DNA of 64,000 nucleotides from an uncultured Nitrososphaeraceae archaeon (GCA_963729045.1 CAVSMN010000012.1:32001-96000), one strand, 5' to 3'. Counted from the stretch's first letter, positions 33,791 through 45,055 are shown. The notes: generated by a model from the sequence alone, not told the origin. Translations and numbers: made by a program.

Positions 33791-34166
33791 AAAAGGATAA
33801 GATGTATATAAACTTCTAAATATCTAGGATACACATTTTTTCTTTAACCTTAGATGAATAGTTCGTGATTATTACCTTTTCAATATGACCGTGAAATTTT
33901 TATACAAATCTCTTCAACTGCTTTTTGAGAAACATCCATCTTTGGGGTTCTTTTATCATAATAAAGTAAGTTAGTGATATGATTTATAATAACAATACCC
34001 TTTTAAATACATAAATTTACATAGAATCGTATTTGTCTATTAAATCATAAAAATTTGACGAGTTAGATATAATTTCCTTAAAACTTTTGTATATTTGTTT
34101 AGCATAATAGTCTAGTAATATCTAGTTGAAAACCCGTTTTATATATAAAATGATATTAGAATTCTA

Positions 34167-34731
34167 ATGATTAAGTTTACTATCATGATGGCCATCCTTT
34201 TGGCATCAGTAAGCCTCTATGGCGCAAACGTGGGATCAATATATGCCCAGAACAACGCCTTGAGTCAAAGTGGAAATTCAGAAGCAGAACAGACAATTGA
34301 ACAGTCACAAGCATCCGAACAAGATTCACAATGTGTATCAGGCGACATTACCGCTCTTATCATGTAACAATCTTGGTTTCCAAGTGCAAAGAAATGGTGA
34401 TGATGACGGCATGGAGGAGAAACCACCGGTACCACCAGGTGATAGATGTCCAGATGACTACGTATGGGACATAACAATACGCGGGACAGCAGATCGAGGT
34501 GGTGTTCCAGTTGGAACTGTAATATGTCTGACCCAAGGACTTGGCAATCATCTAGCAACCGTAGTTGAACCGAACGAACAACCGTACCAAACTAATGTAA
34601 ATACAAACCAGCCAGATGTAGCCAATTGTAATGCTCCAGGACAGCAGCGTGCTGAAGTAACATCAGGAGATCCTCCTACTCCACTAGAGATGGGTGACCC
34701 AGTCTGTGCAACTGTGTCCTCTCCCGCCTGA
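34167..34731 (+). CDS. Secreted CVSG-x5-SCNN repeat protein with Cys-containing C-terminal domain, frameshifted near 34360
   Basis: QSQASEQDSQCVSGDITAL/SCNNLGFQVQ restored by removing one base; joins ORFs 34167 and 34270. Confidence 0.8.
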
Positions 34732-35360
34732 GGATTAATTAGAATAAATTAATCAAAAAATCAATTTTTCTTTTTTTTTAATATTAACCAGCAAGCAATT
34801 TCTATCAGTCATTTCCAATTTTAGTCATGTTGAGTCAAGATAAGTCAAAATTATCTTAGATAATATCTGATAAACTCTAGATTTTCATGGAGATAGGGCG
34901 GCCAAGATGCTGATCGACTCAGAATCTTCCATGTCTTTTCTTTTTCTTTTTGTCTTGTTTTGCAGAATCAAAAACTGATAGGTAGGATCAAGAAGTACCC
35001 TGGGAAGATTTCTAAAACTAATATTGATTTATTATACTTCATCGAGTGAGCATATCGGAAACAGTTCCAGTTCCATTAATATTGTTGCGGCCGCATCTCT
35101 CAAACTCAACTTCAATATTTCTAATTTGTGAATATGTAGATCCTCAAAAGTGATAGTTGAGATGTGCCGTCGCCAAATTATTCATAAAATCGTTCGAATA
35201 TTTTTGATATTCTTAATCCCCAAAATCTTGTCATTAATCTCTTCAAATATAGGTTGAATTTGCAAATGAATCTTGAAAATATTACACGTTATTCATAAAG
35301 TTAAAGTTAAAGTATAACATACTAATGGAACTTAAATAGTAGAAAGTTCTATGGAAATTA

Positions 35361-35607
35361 ATGAATTCACAAACATTCGCAATCGGGATGATTGCAATAA
35401 CGGCTTTTATGCTGGTAGTAAGTAGTTTCGTTTCATCAGAGGCCATGGCTGTTAAGAACGGCGAAGGCGTAACCACAGAATCATGCGTACACAATGGAAA
35501 TGGAGACAGTTCTGATGGAGGCATGCGAAGGCAAAGGTAAGAGCTCACAGACAATAGAAGAGACAGTTTATAAGTGTAAAGGAAAATTCCAGAGCGATCC
35601 CTGTTAA
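35361..35607 (+). CDS. Small secreted four-Cys peptide (not in ORF track), frameshifted near 35520
   Basis: MNSQTFAIGMIAITAFMLVVSSFVSSEAMA-VKNGEGVTTESCVHNGNGDSSD/ACEGKGKSSQTIEETVYKCKGKFQSDPC*; T-tract after the stop. Confidence 0.6.
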
Positions 35608-36202
35608 TATAAATTAGACCCACAATTTTTTTTTATCAAAAATGATAACAATCCTATAAATTGGATAATTGATTGATGTTTTATATTACCAACTAGAATC
35701 CTAAAAACCATTCTAAGGTAAGAAAGACCTGGAGGTAGATAACCGTCCTTTGAGATACTATAATGAGAAGGCAGGTAAATAATTTCTAATAATATAAAAA
35801 GTATTCTATAGTGGATAATATGTATATAAAATTTTCAGGATGAGTCTCCCTCGCTTATCCTTTGCATTTTAGCCGTCGCCAAACTTTTCACAACAGTATT
35901 CAAATGCCAATTTGTTGATTTTTAAATCGGATAGGTGAAAATATTTGATCACTACTCTTTAAGAAGATGATTTCATACATATTATACAGTTGATAGGTTT
36001 CATATTGTTTTTGTGTATAAATGGATGTCATTATCAATAGCATACCTTTCAAATACAGGACTCTAGATGTCTGGGCGGCCGCTTCAAAGAGTCTAGGCAT
36101 CTCAAGTTGTTTTCGGGATACGAATATATTTGATAAAACGGGAGAAATAGGCACAAATATTGATTTCGGTCTATATAGGCTGATTTAAACGAACTGAAGA
36201 AG

Positions 36203-37209
36203 ATGGCAGCATCAAGGAAAAATAATACTATAAAGCATGGAGGGGTTTTAAAGACACAAATCATACCCAAACCGATAGAAGCTTTTCAAACCCCAGAAGA
36301 CATGGTAACAGACCTATTAAAACAGAACTCTAACGGAATTCTTAACAAAAGAATACAAGAGTTTTGTGGAATACATTGCGAAAGAAAATCTATCTAACCA
36401 TTATCCTACCTCTAAAGATATTAAACTCCACTTTAAACTTGGAAAAGACTATACTAAACATGTAATTGCTGAACTTAGGAGGTATGCCTACCTAGATTCA
36501 CATAGCGAAAAAGAAGCGAAGACTCGACCAACTAATTTTATCTAATCTTTTGGTCGATTCATCAAAAGGATCCACAAAAAATATCGTTTCGCCAGAACAA
36601 ATGGCTTTTCAATTGCAAATAATAAAGGATTTCATTGAGGAAGGTAATTACTTACTCCATAACATTAGGCTTGACACAGAACTTAAAGACCGAAAATATT
36701 ATCATAACTTTCAATGGCCGATTAGAAGTATGAAGAATAGAGCAAAAGTCAAAGAAATGAACATCTCGCCCGCCGTTCATGCATTTATGTCGATAAATCC
36801 TACTGGGACTGTAAACATAATACTAGCCTGTTCAAGAAATCCTTTTGATTTGACGACGCCTGAAGGAGTCACCAATTTTCAAGCAGCATGCGGAGAAGTA
36901 CATTCAATATTGAAAGCTGATTTATGTATGAATGAACCATTGATAAGCGCACCGTCCGACTGGGAACTCTCACACTGTGATATTTCAGTTGATATTCCAA
37001 TAAAGTTACTACAAAAGGAGATTAATGGCTCAATAAAAACCGATGGAGCCAGCCAAGTTCACTGGAATTTTGGAGGAGGGATGCAACTAAAGCATTTATC
37101 TTATATATACCAATTTTATGACAAAACTACATTTAACGGTAATGTATTTCGATTAGAAGAAAAGATATCTTTTTCTCCTTCCAATAGATTAAAGCTTAAG
37201 AGAACTTGA
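36203..37209 (+). CDS. wHTH plus putative Rep_trans-like replication initiator, with several frameshifts
   Basis: Shifted-frame wHTH-like segment PTSKDIKLHFKLGKDYTKHVIAELRR; C-terminal SHCDISVD, FYDK and FRLEE motifs. Confidence 0.5.
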
Positions 37210-37374
37210 AAAGAAATTCGTTTCGAAGGGTATCCAGGATGAGATAGAATCGACTCGGAATTAAAGACCTCGAGGAGGAAACGTGAATGTAAAATTCCTG
37301 CGTGGCCAACAGACTCCTGATGTGAAATACACAACAGATGTTAGACCTTTATCCAATAAAGTTAAATGATTCAA

Positions 37375-37715
37375 CGACAGGAAACGCTCGACTTTCATAA
37401 GCGATGGCGCCCCCAACTTTCACATAACCTACAAAAAAGAATTTCAAACTCATACATTGCCAAGAACAAGACATATCCGATACATACTAGTGACAGGCTG
37501 ACCACAACAAAATGGAAAGAATGGAAAAATTAGAGACAGGGAAAAAACCATGCGAGGGTTAAAGAAACCTGACACACCGATACTCAAAGGGTTAAGAATT
37601 TATCATAACTTCATTAGGGGTCATGAAGCCTTAGGAAAACGCCTGCTTAAAACTGCGGTATAAGGATAGAAGGACAGAACAAATGTAAGACTTTAAGTTG
37701 AGAATGCTTCAAACG
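37375..37715 (+). pseudogene. IS6/DDE-type transposase C-terminal remnant
   Basis: FISDGAPNFH, HIRYI, KMER, IRDREKTMRGLKKPDTPILKG, IYHNFIR and GIRIEGQNK fragments with stops and shifts. Confidence 0.75.
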
Positions 37716-37725
37716 AAAATATTCA

Positions 37726-38040
37726 TTAAAATTTGATATGGTTCACTCCGAAAATTAGAACGAAAGCAAGAAGAATACTGATTGAGGCGATAGAAAAAAG
37801 CAAGAATTTCTGACCCCATTTAATTCCATTTGCTTTTTCCAAGTTTTTATCATCAATATCTTTTAAACTTAACAAATACATATCTATCATTCTTTTGGCG
37901 AAATTGTCTTTTGAAGCATTAATGAAGTTATCAACAACATTTTTTACAATAGTAGATTGACCGGGTTGGAAGAAAACACCATGAGTAAGCGGATATTGAT
38001 GATATGCTTGATCGTCTGGGAGTACAAGATATAGAGGAAA
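37726..38040 (-). pseudogene. 5'-truncated membrane protein fragment
   Basis: Open frame of about 104 codons with no start at its 5' end, ending KNLEKANGIKWGQKFLLFSIASISILLAFVLIFG. Confidence 0.45.
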
Positions 38041-38496
38041 ATTAGTTAAATACTACTATAAAGTGATGAATCTTATATTCCTTATAGTATGAGAAAAGAT
38101 TATCTCAAATCATTCCAATGGTAAAGTAGATTCTATCATACAGGGACTTTATGAATCAAAGGACCGAGACCATAAGATGGTTTATAATGGTATTTTATAC
38201 CAATTCAAGGTTTTGGATAAGTATGTATAGGACAAACGGGGGAAAATTTCTTATAGGATCGCCACACGGAACAACAGAAAAGCTGCAAGAACAAACACTC
38301 CTAATAGTTATCATCAAAAAATCAAAACTATGGAAAAATATGAATATGAATAATTGGTACGCATATTCAACCACGATAAAGAGATTATATAAGTATTCTA
38401 TAATATTCAATAAATGTCAATCATTTCTATTAATACGCAATAAAACGACCCATCAATGGTAAAAGCGTAAATATTAGGAGAATGTATCCGGGTTAA

Positions 38497-39737
38497 ATGT
38501 TAGAAAACGTTTTCAATCAAAATTCTTTTAAAGTTAGACTAAAAAATCTATTCCCTAATAGAGAAGGTAATACGCTCTTTCTGACCAAAATGGTACTAGG
38601 AGCAGTCCTATTGTCTGGACTAATAAGCATTTCATCGTACGCTTCTTTCGCAAATGCAACTACGAATGCAACTACAATTGACACGAACAAGATAATCACT
38701 GGTGACACAGAGGAATATAGGATATTTGAAGGTCAGGAACCTACGCTTCAACCATCAGATGTGGGCATTGCAAACCAATCCAATGCCAGGTACCTTTGAG
38801 TGGTGGTACTTTCAGGGAAAATTAGATGATAATTCAACAACCCAAATTACATTACTTGTAAAGCCTTGGGTTGACAACAATGGGCCGCTTCAGCCCTACG
38901 CCACTATAGCCATTACAACTCCTAATGGTACGCATTTAGGGGGAGAGACGAAGGTAGATGCTACCCAATTCAGGGCTGCACACAATACATTAAACGTAAC
39001 GATGGGTGATATCTGGGCTCGTGGTGATTTGAACACCGTTAATTTGCACTTTCCACCGACGGAGAATGGAGTTGGGGCTGACCTAGTTTTTAAAAGTGCC
39101 GCTCCAGCCACAAATTTTGGCAGTGGTATATGGTATTTCGACCAATCGCTGACACGATTCAGCGCTACGAATAATCCAATGCCCTTTGCTAAAGTTCAGG
39201 GTAACTTGACCTACGGCGGCGAGTCTCACCCAGTAAATGGAACAGGGTATATAGACAAGCAGTGGGGGACAGTCAACTGGAACCAGGACTATGACGGCTG
39301 GTACTGGTCAACTGGTCATTATGGAAACTACACTATAGACCTGTTTGAACTGACCACTTCAGCGCCATTTAACCATCAGAAAACCGTGGATGCCTATTTG
39401 GCCAAAGGAAATGGGCCAAGTGAGGTCTTAGTCGAAACTATGCAGGGCGTTACTGCACACACATCAGGGAAAAACTTTACTTCTCCTTCAGGGGTACATA
39501 CATACCCAGAAGTACTAACATTACAATGGAAGAACGGCTCAAATTCAGCAACTCTGACTCTTACTAATCCTACAATCATTGCACACCCACCCACCATTGT
39601 TAATACTAATGCAACCATATACGGAACCCCTGAATATATGCGGATAGCAGGGTAAAGGTACACTTAATGTGCAGTGGAATGGGACCAACGAAACAGCAAG
39701 CGCCCCTGCAATCTGGGAGGTCAGTTATCTGCACTAA
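38497..39737 (+). CDS. Secreted AttH/CrtC (lipocalin-like) family protein, two frameshifts (about 38763 and 39652)
   Basis: FEWWYF and GTGYIDKQWG...WYW motifs; tail GKGTLNVQWNG...IWEVSYLH in the shifted frame. Confidence 0.75.
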
Positions 39738-40219
39738 GAACCTATCCTATCCTATTCCAAAATTATCTTTCTATAGATTTTATACAACAAGCGAAGAGAT
39801 CTGTACCTACCCAGGATAGTATGACTGGAGTGTTCTCAATCGTTCAAGCCTGTTGATATGCTTTCAAGCAATAACGGTATTTGCTCCGATAAAATTTATG
39901 GATGACCGAATTACTGAACCACATTTAACTAAATATGGTCTAGTTACAAATTTGCTACTCGACTCGGAAGATGTGTAACAACCAACCACAAAATAATGTA
40001 ATGAGTTGTTAGAAAGATAGCTACTATACTCATATTTCACTATAGTTCCTAGTGTCGAATATGATAGGATTGTGAAATGCGCCAACTAAGGTTTATATCC
40101 CATAGCATTTGCTCAAATAATAATTAAAAATAGATCTCTACGTCACCTTTTAAGAGGCCGTGATGGTATTTATCATTATGAAATAGTATTTGATCCTAGT
40201 AGAATTTCCACCTAATTGG

Positions 40220-41499
40220 CTATTCATCCATACCCCAAAGCATTCTGAAAGTTTTCTGCTGCTCAGGTTCAAGTAACTTTAAGAATTTCTCTCTATCATG
40301 TTGTGCTCGTTCAAATTTTGCATCAAGATTCTCGAGTCTATTAGCTAGTCTCTCAAACATGGTGTTATATCGTGAAAGTTTACTAGTCAAGCGAAATTCG
40401 TTACTAATAGTTAGATTGTCAATGGCCTTCAAATACTCTTGTAGAATCTCTGCCATCTGAAGGCTTGTAATATGCTGAGTCTAATCCTACACTATGACCG
40501 ACTAACATTTCCCTAATTGTTTTATCGATTTTTGACCTTTGCATGTTTGTGATAGCAAAGATTCTAAAGGAATGACATGGATGTAACTCATTCTTATGGG
40601 AGGCTCTGTAAACAGAAGAATTTTCAGTAAGAATCCATTCCTTTCTTAGATTCAATTTCTTGAGCTTTTTTACAATGTAAACGCACGGAGCCCCACTGCT
40701 GACATAGGCTCCTTGTGTAACTCACTATTTGAAGGCAATATTGGATTCATCTATATCAAATAATTTTGTAAAGAGATAAGTACTCATCAGGTCCCCAGTT
40801 TCCTGTATTCAAATCCTGAACTAAGGATTTATCAACTTTTTTTCTATAAGAGAGATAATTGTCAATGGCTTTAGCACATTCAGGGGTACAAAATGTAAAG
40901 TAACTATCTTTTCTTGATGTCGCATAGACTTGAATTCTATACACATACTTTCCATCCTCCAAATCATATCTCTGTGAGGTGCCTCAGTTTTATCGAAGGA
41001 AGCGCCCCCACTCTCATCCCTGTTGAAGCCATCAACAACACAATTGCTTTTCCTCTCTCATCACACAACGAAGCAAAGATGAAATTTCATCATGAGTATA
41101 AGATTGATATTCATACTTGTTCTCCTGCTCTCCAAGGAAATTTGAAAGCTTTTTTCTATTGAAATTATGTCATTGATGTGAAAAAAAGTGATACAGGGCG
41201 GCCAAATGGACAGAAACTGTGGAATAGGATGACCCCGCATTTTTCATTTCAATTAATTGTTGGGTTATCTCCGATTCAATGACCTTGGGATTCTTTTCCA
41301 GAATTTCGTCCAGTGATTCTAGTGACTTATTAATGGGAAGCCGCAGATATTTCTGTAAACAGCCTTCATACTTTATCTGGGTATGTTTGGACCTTAGGGC
41401 GGAAATGAAGAGAGAATATGCTGGATGAGTTTTATAATTGGCTAAAAGCGGATTGATTGAGGCTGTCGAAACTGTTGAATTATCTAAACTTGTTGTCAA
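40220..41499 (-). CDS. Tyrosine recombinase/integrase, fragmented by multiple indels
   Basis: ASTGMRVGALP (R), HSFR (HxxR) and MLVGHSVGLDSAYY (H...Y) across ORFs 41170, 40756, 40419 and 40220. Confidence 0.9.
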
Positions 41500-41545
41500 A
41501 GTCTGTTCTCCTTTTGAAAAGACGAGTCAGTTATTATATAGACGA

Positions 41546-41570
41546 AATATTTCATAGAAACAGTATTATA
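41546..41570 (+). repeat. Right att site AATATTTCATAGAAACAGTATTATA
   Basis: Identical to 33766-33790; 47 nt from the integrase start. Confidence 0.88.
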
Positions 41571-41609
41571 TTTATTACTTTACAATCTACGTAATTAGGA
41601 TAGAGAAGA

Positions 41610-42036
41610 GTGACGATAGAGCTATCAGTGGGTGCAATAATAAGATATCAATCTATTGAATTCAATAGAGAATCATTCTGAATTTCTCCTTTTGAGAAAT
41701 AAACGTGGATTTTGGGGATTTCCCCAAGGCCATAAAGAAAGAGGGGAAAATGAAATTCAGACATTGCAGAGAGAGGTGCAGGAAGAAACTGGAATAGTTG
41801 ATCTAGATATACACCAATACATAGGCAAGATTCAATACAAATACTTTAGAGCTGATGGAATTCGATCAGAGAAGGAAGTGAAATTTTATTTTGCAACTAC
41901 TCCAGTTAGAGAAGTCACTATATCAAATGAGCACGAAGGATTCAAATGGACAACTTATCAAGATGCGCTTTCGCTTCTCGACCACCGTCAACTGAAATCA
42001 ATAATCCTAAAAGGTAGAAGAAGAGGCCTTTATTAA
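41610..42036 (+). CDS. NUDIX hydrolase (Ap4A hydrolase-like), frameshifted near 41650
   Basis: Nudix box GHKERGENEIQTLQREVQEETG; N-terminal MTIELSVGAII from GTG 41610 in another frame. Confidence 0.88.
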
Positions 42037-42139
42037 TACACATATTTCGAAAGTTACTGTCCTACTCCGCATACTCTAAATGCTATGAAAATAATTTTAT
42101 ACCTACGTTTTATTAATAGAAGCGGATATAGATTAAAAA

Positions 42140-43714
42140 ATGGTTGCTGGTAAAAGAATTGTGCTAACTGCCGATCGTAGTTTGATGACCAACTATAGAG
42201 GTAATTTTCTTTATGGGTTCATAGCATGTGGCCCATATGAACTTGTTCCTGAATTTGTATTTGATAAACTTTTTTGTCCAAGTGTTGAAACTGATAAGAA
42301 TACTGGAGAAATAAAAGTTGCCCAATGTGGTCTGCGTCGTATTGAAAGTGCATTGATTCGAGAGTACGATAAAAGCGAAGTATTTCTAGCTCATCCAGAA
42401 ATGTTGGAAAAATGTATTGGACCACAAACCAAGGTTGTAGGAATAAATGTCATGGATCCGTTGGGAATGGCTCCGGTAACAACCACCATGTCACCTGAAA
42501 AATTATCTTATGTGGCAATGAAATTTAAAAAAATGTGTGCTTCTATCATTCAATTAAAAAAGAAATATGATTTTAAAGTCGTCGTTGGGGGTAATGGCTC
42601 TTGGGAATTAGCCAAACCTGAAAGGATGAAGATTCACGGAATTGATACCGTGGTGATAGGTGAAGCAGATGAGTTAGCATTGGATTTGTTTCATGATCTA
42701 GAAGCTGGGGATGCACCAGAACTTCTTCATACGTTTGTACGCAATATAGAGAATATTCCTGTTATACGTGGTCCAACAATCAACTCATTAATTGAAGCCA
42801 TGAGAGGTTGCGGACGGGGTTGTGATTTTTGTGATGTGAATAAGAGATCTAAGAAAGATATTCCTTTAGATAGATTACAGGAAGAAGCTAAAATAAATAT
42901 AAAATATGGCTTTGATTCCATCTGGCTACAGTCAGATGAAATGTTACTTTATGGCTGTGATAATAAAGACTTTATACCAAATCAGGAAGCAATTTTAGAC
43001 GTTTGGAAGGGGCTAAAGTCGGTAGGAGCTAACTTCATAGGTACTACTCACATGACTTTGTCAGCTGTTGCTTCATCTCCTGATTTGATAAAAAATATTT
43101 CTCAGGTAAATGATATGGAAAACAATGGTCGCTGGCTTGCGACTAACTTAGGAGTTGAAACTGTCGCCCCGCGGATGGTAAAAAAACACCTTGGGGTAAA
43201 AACGAGGCCTTTCCAACCAGAGGAATGGGGATCAGTTGTAAGAGAGGGATGCAAAATACTAAATCAAAATCATTGGTTTCCAGCATTAACATTGATAATT
43301 GGATGGCCTGATGAAACACCTGATGAGACCCAATATACTATTGATTTGATCCAGGATTTCAGACAAATGAATATGAGGGGATTAGTCGCTCCATTATTAT
43401 ATCAGGATTTCTCTGAGAAAAATTCAATGCATTTTGGAAATTTGAATGAATCACAATTTGCGCTCTTTTGGACATGTTGGCAACATAATCTTAGGGTAAT
43501 AAGTGACATTATACCTATAATTATTCGTAACAAATCTTACGGGCCTGCGATGAAGGTATTTATGGCAATGTTAATAAAATTTGGAACCTGGGCCATAATG
43601 AGATATTTACGTGGCCTGTCCAAAGGCTTGTTTGAAGGTAAACCTGCTGAAGATATTGTTGCAAAGTATGTGCGACCGCGTTCTGTGACCGCACCAATGC
43701 CTCCAAAATTATAA
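42140..43714 (+). CDS. B12-binding-domain radical SAM protein
   Basis: RGCGRGCDFC (CxxxCxxC); VVVGG and VIGEAD motifs. Confidence 0.9.
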   Translation: MVAGKRIVLTADRSLMTNYRGNFLYGFIACGPYELVPEFVFDKLFCPSVETDKNTGEIKVAQCGLRRIESALIREYDKSEVFLAHPEMLEKCIGPQTKVVGINVMDPLGMAPVTTTMSPEKLSYVAMKFKKMCASIIQLKKKYDFKVVVGGNGSWELAKPERMKIHGIDTVVIGEADELALDLFHDLEAGDAPELLHTFVRNIENIPVIRGPTINSLIEAMRGCGRGCDFCDVNKRSKKDIPLDRLQEEAKINIKYGFDSIWLQSDEMLLYGCDNKDFIPNQEAILDVWKGLKSVGANFIGTTHMTLSAVASSPDLIKNISQVNDMENNGRWLATNLGVETVAPRMVKKHLGVKTRPFQPEEWGSVVREGCKILNQNHWFPALTLIIGWPDETPDETQYTIDLIQDFRQMNMRGLVAPLLYQDFSEKNSMHFGNLNESQFALFWTCWQHNLRVISDIIPIIIRNKSYGPAMKVFMAMLIKFGTWAIMRYLRGLSKGLFEGKPAEDIVAKYVRPRSVTAPMPPKL

Positions 43715-43826
43715 AAAAGTAAGAGTTTATTTTAAAACTCTATTTTATGTCTGGTTTATATTCTAGGTTTGAACGAAAAAATAGGAATAGGTATTCCTAA
43801 AATTAGACCGTGGAGAGGTAAAAAAT

Positions 43827-44162
43827 CTAGTGTGTTGAGCTAATCTGGCTCAATGCTGCATCAGCAATGGTGTCCCTCTTAGGTGTAATGACAATAAAAT
43901 AATTCTTATCAGCTCTTTCCATGACATTGACTAGTTTGTGTTTTTTTGCTGAGATATCGAATTCGTACATTCCATGCTCAAGATTCCCCTTTGTATAAAT
44001 CATGAGTAATGTTTCCCCTGATAACGGGGTAATTGGGACCATTGAAAAAACATATCCCTTGTAAGAACTAATGGGTAGGATTTGTTTCATATAGGGTGCC
44101 ACTGAAACCAAATAAATCAAAACATCTTCGATGGTTTCGAATTCTTCAAATTCAAATTTCAT
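43827..44162 (-). CDS. Hypothetical protein
   Basis: 111-aa ORF co-oriented with FNR. Confidence 0.7.
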   Translation of the reverse strand: MKFEFEEFETIEDVLIYLVSVAPYMKQILPISSYKGYVFSMVPITPLSGETLLMIYTKGNLEHGMYEFDISAKKHKLVNVMERADKNYFIVITPKRDTIADAALSQISSTH

Positions 44163-44210
44163 TTAAATTAACTATTTGAAAGTAGGTTAAATAAACTTTA
44201 TAAAAAAAGT

Positions 44211-45055
44211 TTATCCGTACGATTCAAATTTAACGTCAAAAGTACCATCTTTTCTCTTGTTCCTTTCAGTTACAAAACCCTTTGGTACTAGAGAATCTAG
44301 AACCCCATCTACGGTGCCCTGCCATCCACACACATAAAAAGACGTATTTTGCGGTGTAATTTTCTCACCCACTAGTTCCTCCAAGGGTGATTTATCCTTG
44401 CCTGGCTTTGGACGTAGAAAGGTTTCTACTCTCCCCTTATGTCCATTCCATGATCTATTGAACCATTCCTGGGGTCTGCTGATACTTGCTCGATATCTAA
44501 AGTTCCATTCACTACCACCCTTCTCCAAACTTTCAGCCTCCAGCTCGGTTAACAATTCTCTATAACTCAATTCATCGACATAGCTTGCGCCGTGAAGCAC
44601 TACGATTTGTCTTTTAGTCCCCTTTGATTTTAGGTGTAACGAATATGATATAAAGGGGGCTAAACCTGTTCCACCTCCAATCAAGTACTAATCTCCTATT
44701 ATCTGGACTACCATCAGGCATTTTTTCATTAATTGTAAAAATACCAGTGGGCCTCACCCAATTAATTTCGTCTCCTTCCCTCTTATCAAATAATTGAGTT
44801 GTAAGCCTTCCGGGCAGTGGTTTCTTAACCCATCGTACCTACAAGCTCAAAGTGTTTTTTTTGTTCTGGAGGTGAAGCAATCGAATATGCTCTCCTTATT
44901 ACCTTACCTTCATTAGGAACATTTAAACCCAAGGTAACAAACTGACCCGGTTTAAAGTCTGGGACTTGGCCCTCGTTTGGTTTAACATGAAAAATCGCAA
45001 GGTCTTCTTTTAGAACCCTGATATATGAAACTGTTGCCTTATTGTCTACTACCAT
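44211..45055 (-). CDS. Ferredoxin-NADP+ reductase, two frameshifts (about 44838 and 44685)
   Basis: FKPGQF, RAYSIAS, GGGTGLAPF, YVCG and terminal FESYG motifs. Confidence 0.9.

Larger units (their letters stand above)
33766..41570. mobile_element. Integrated element (about 7.8 kb) with tyrosine integrase
   Basis: Perfect 25-bp terminal direct repeats; integrase next to the right repeat; accessory cargo. Confidence 0.85.
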
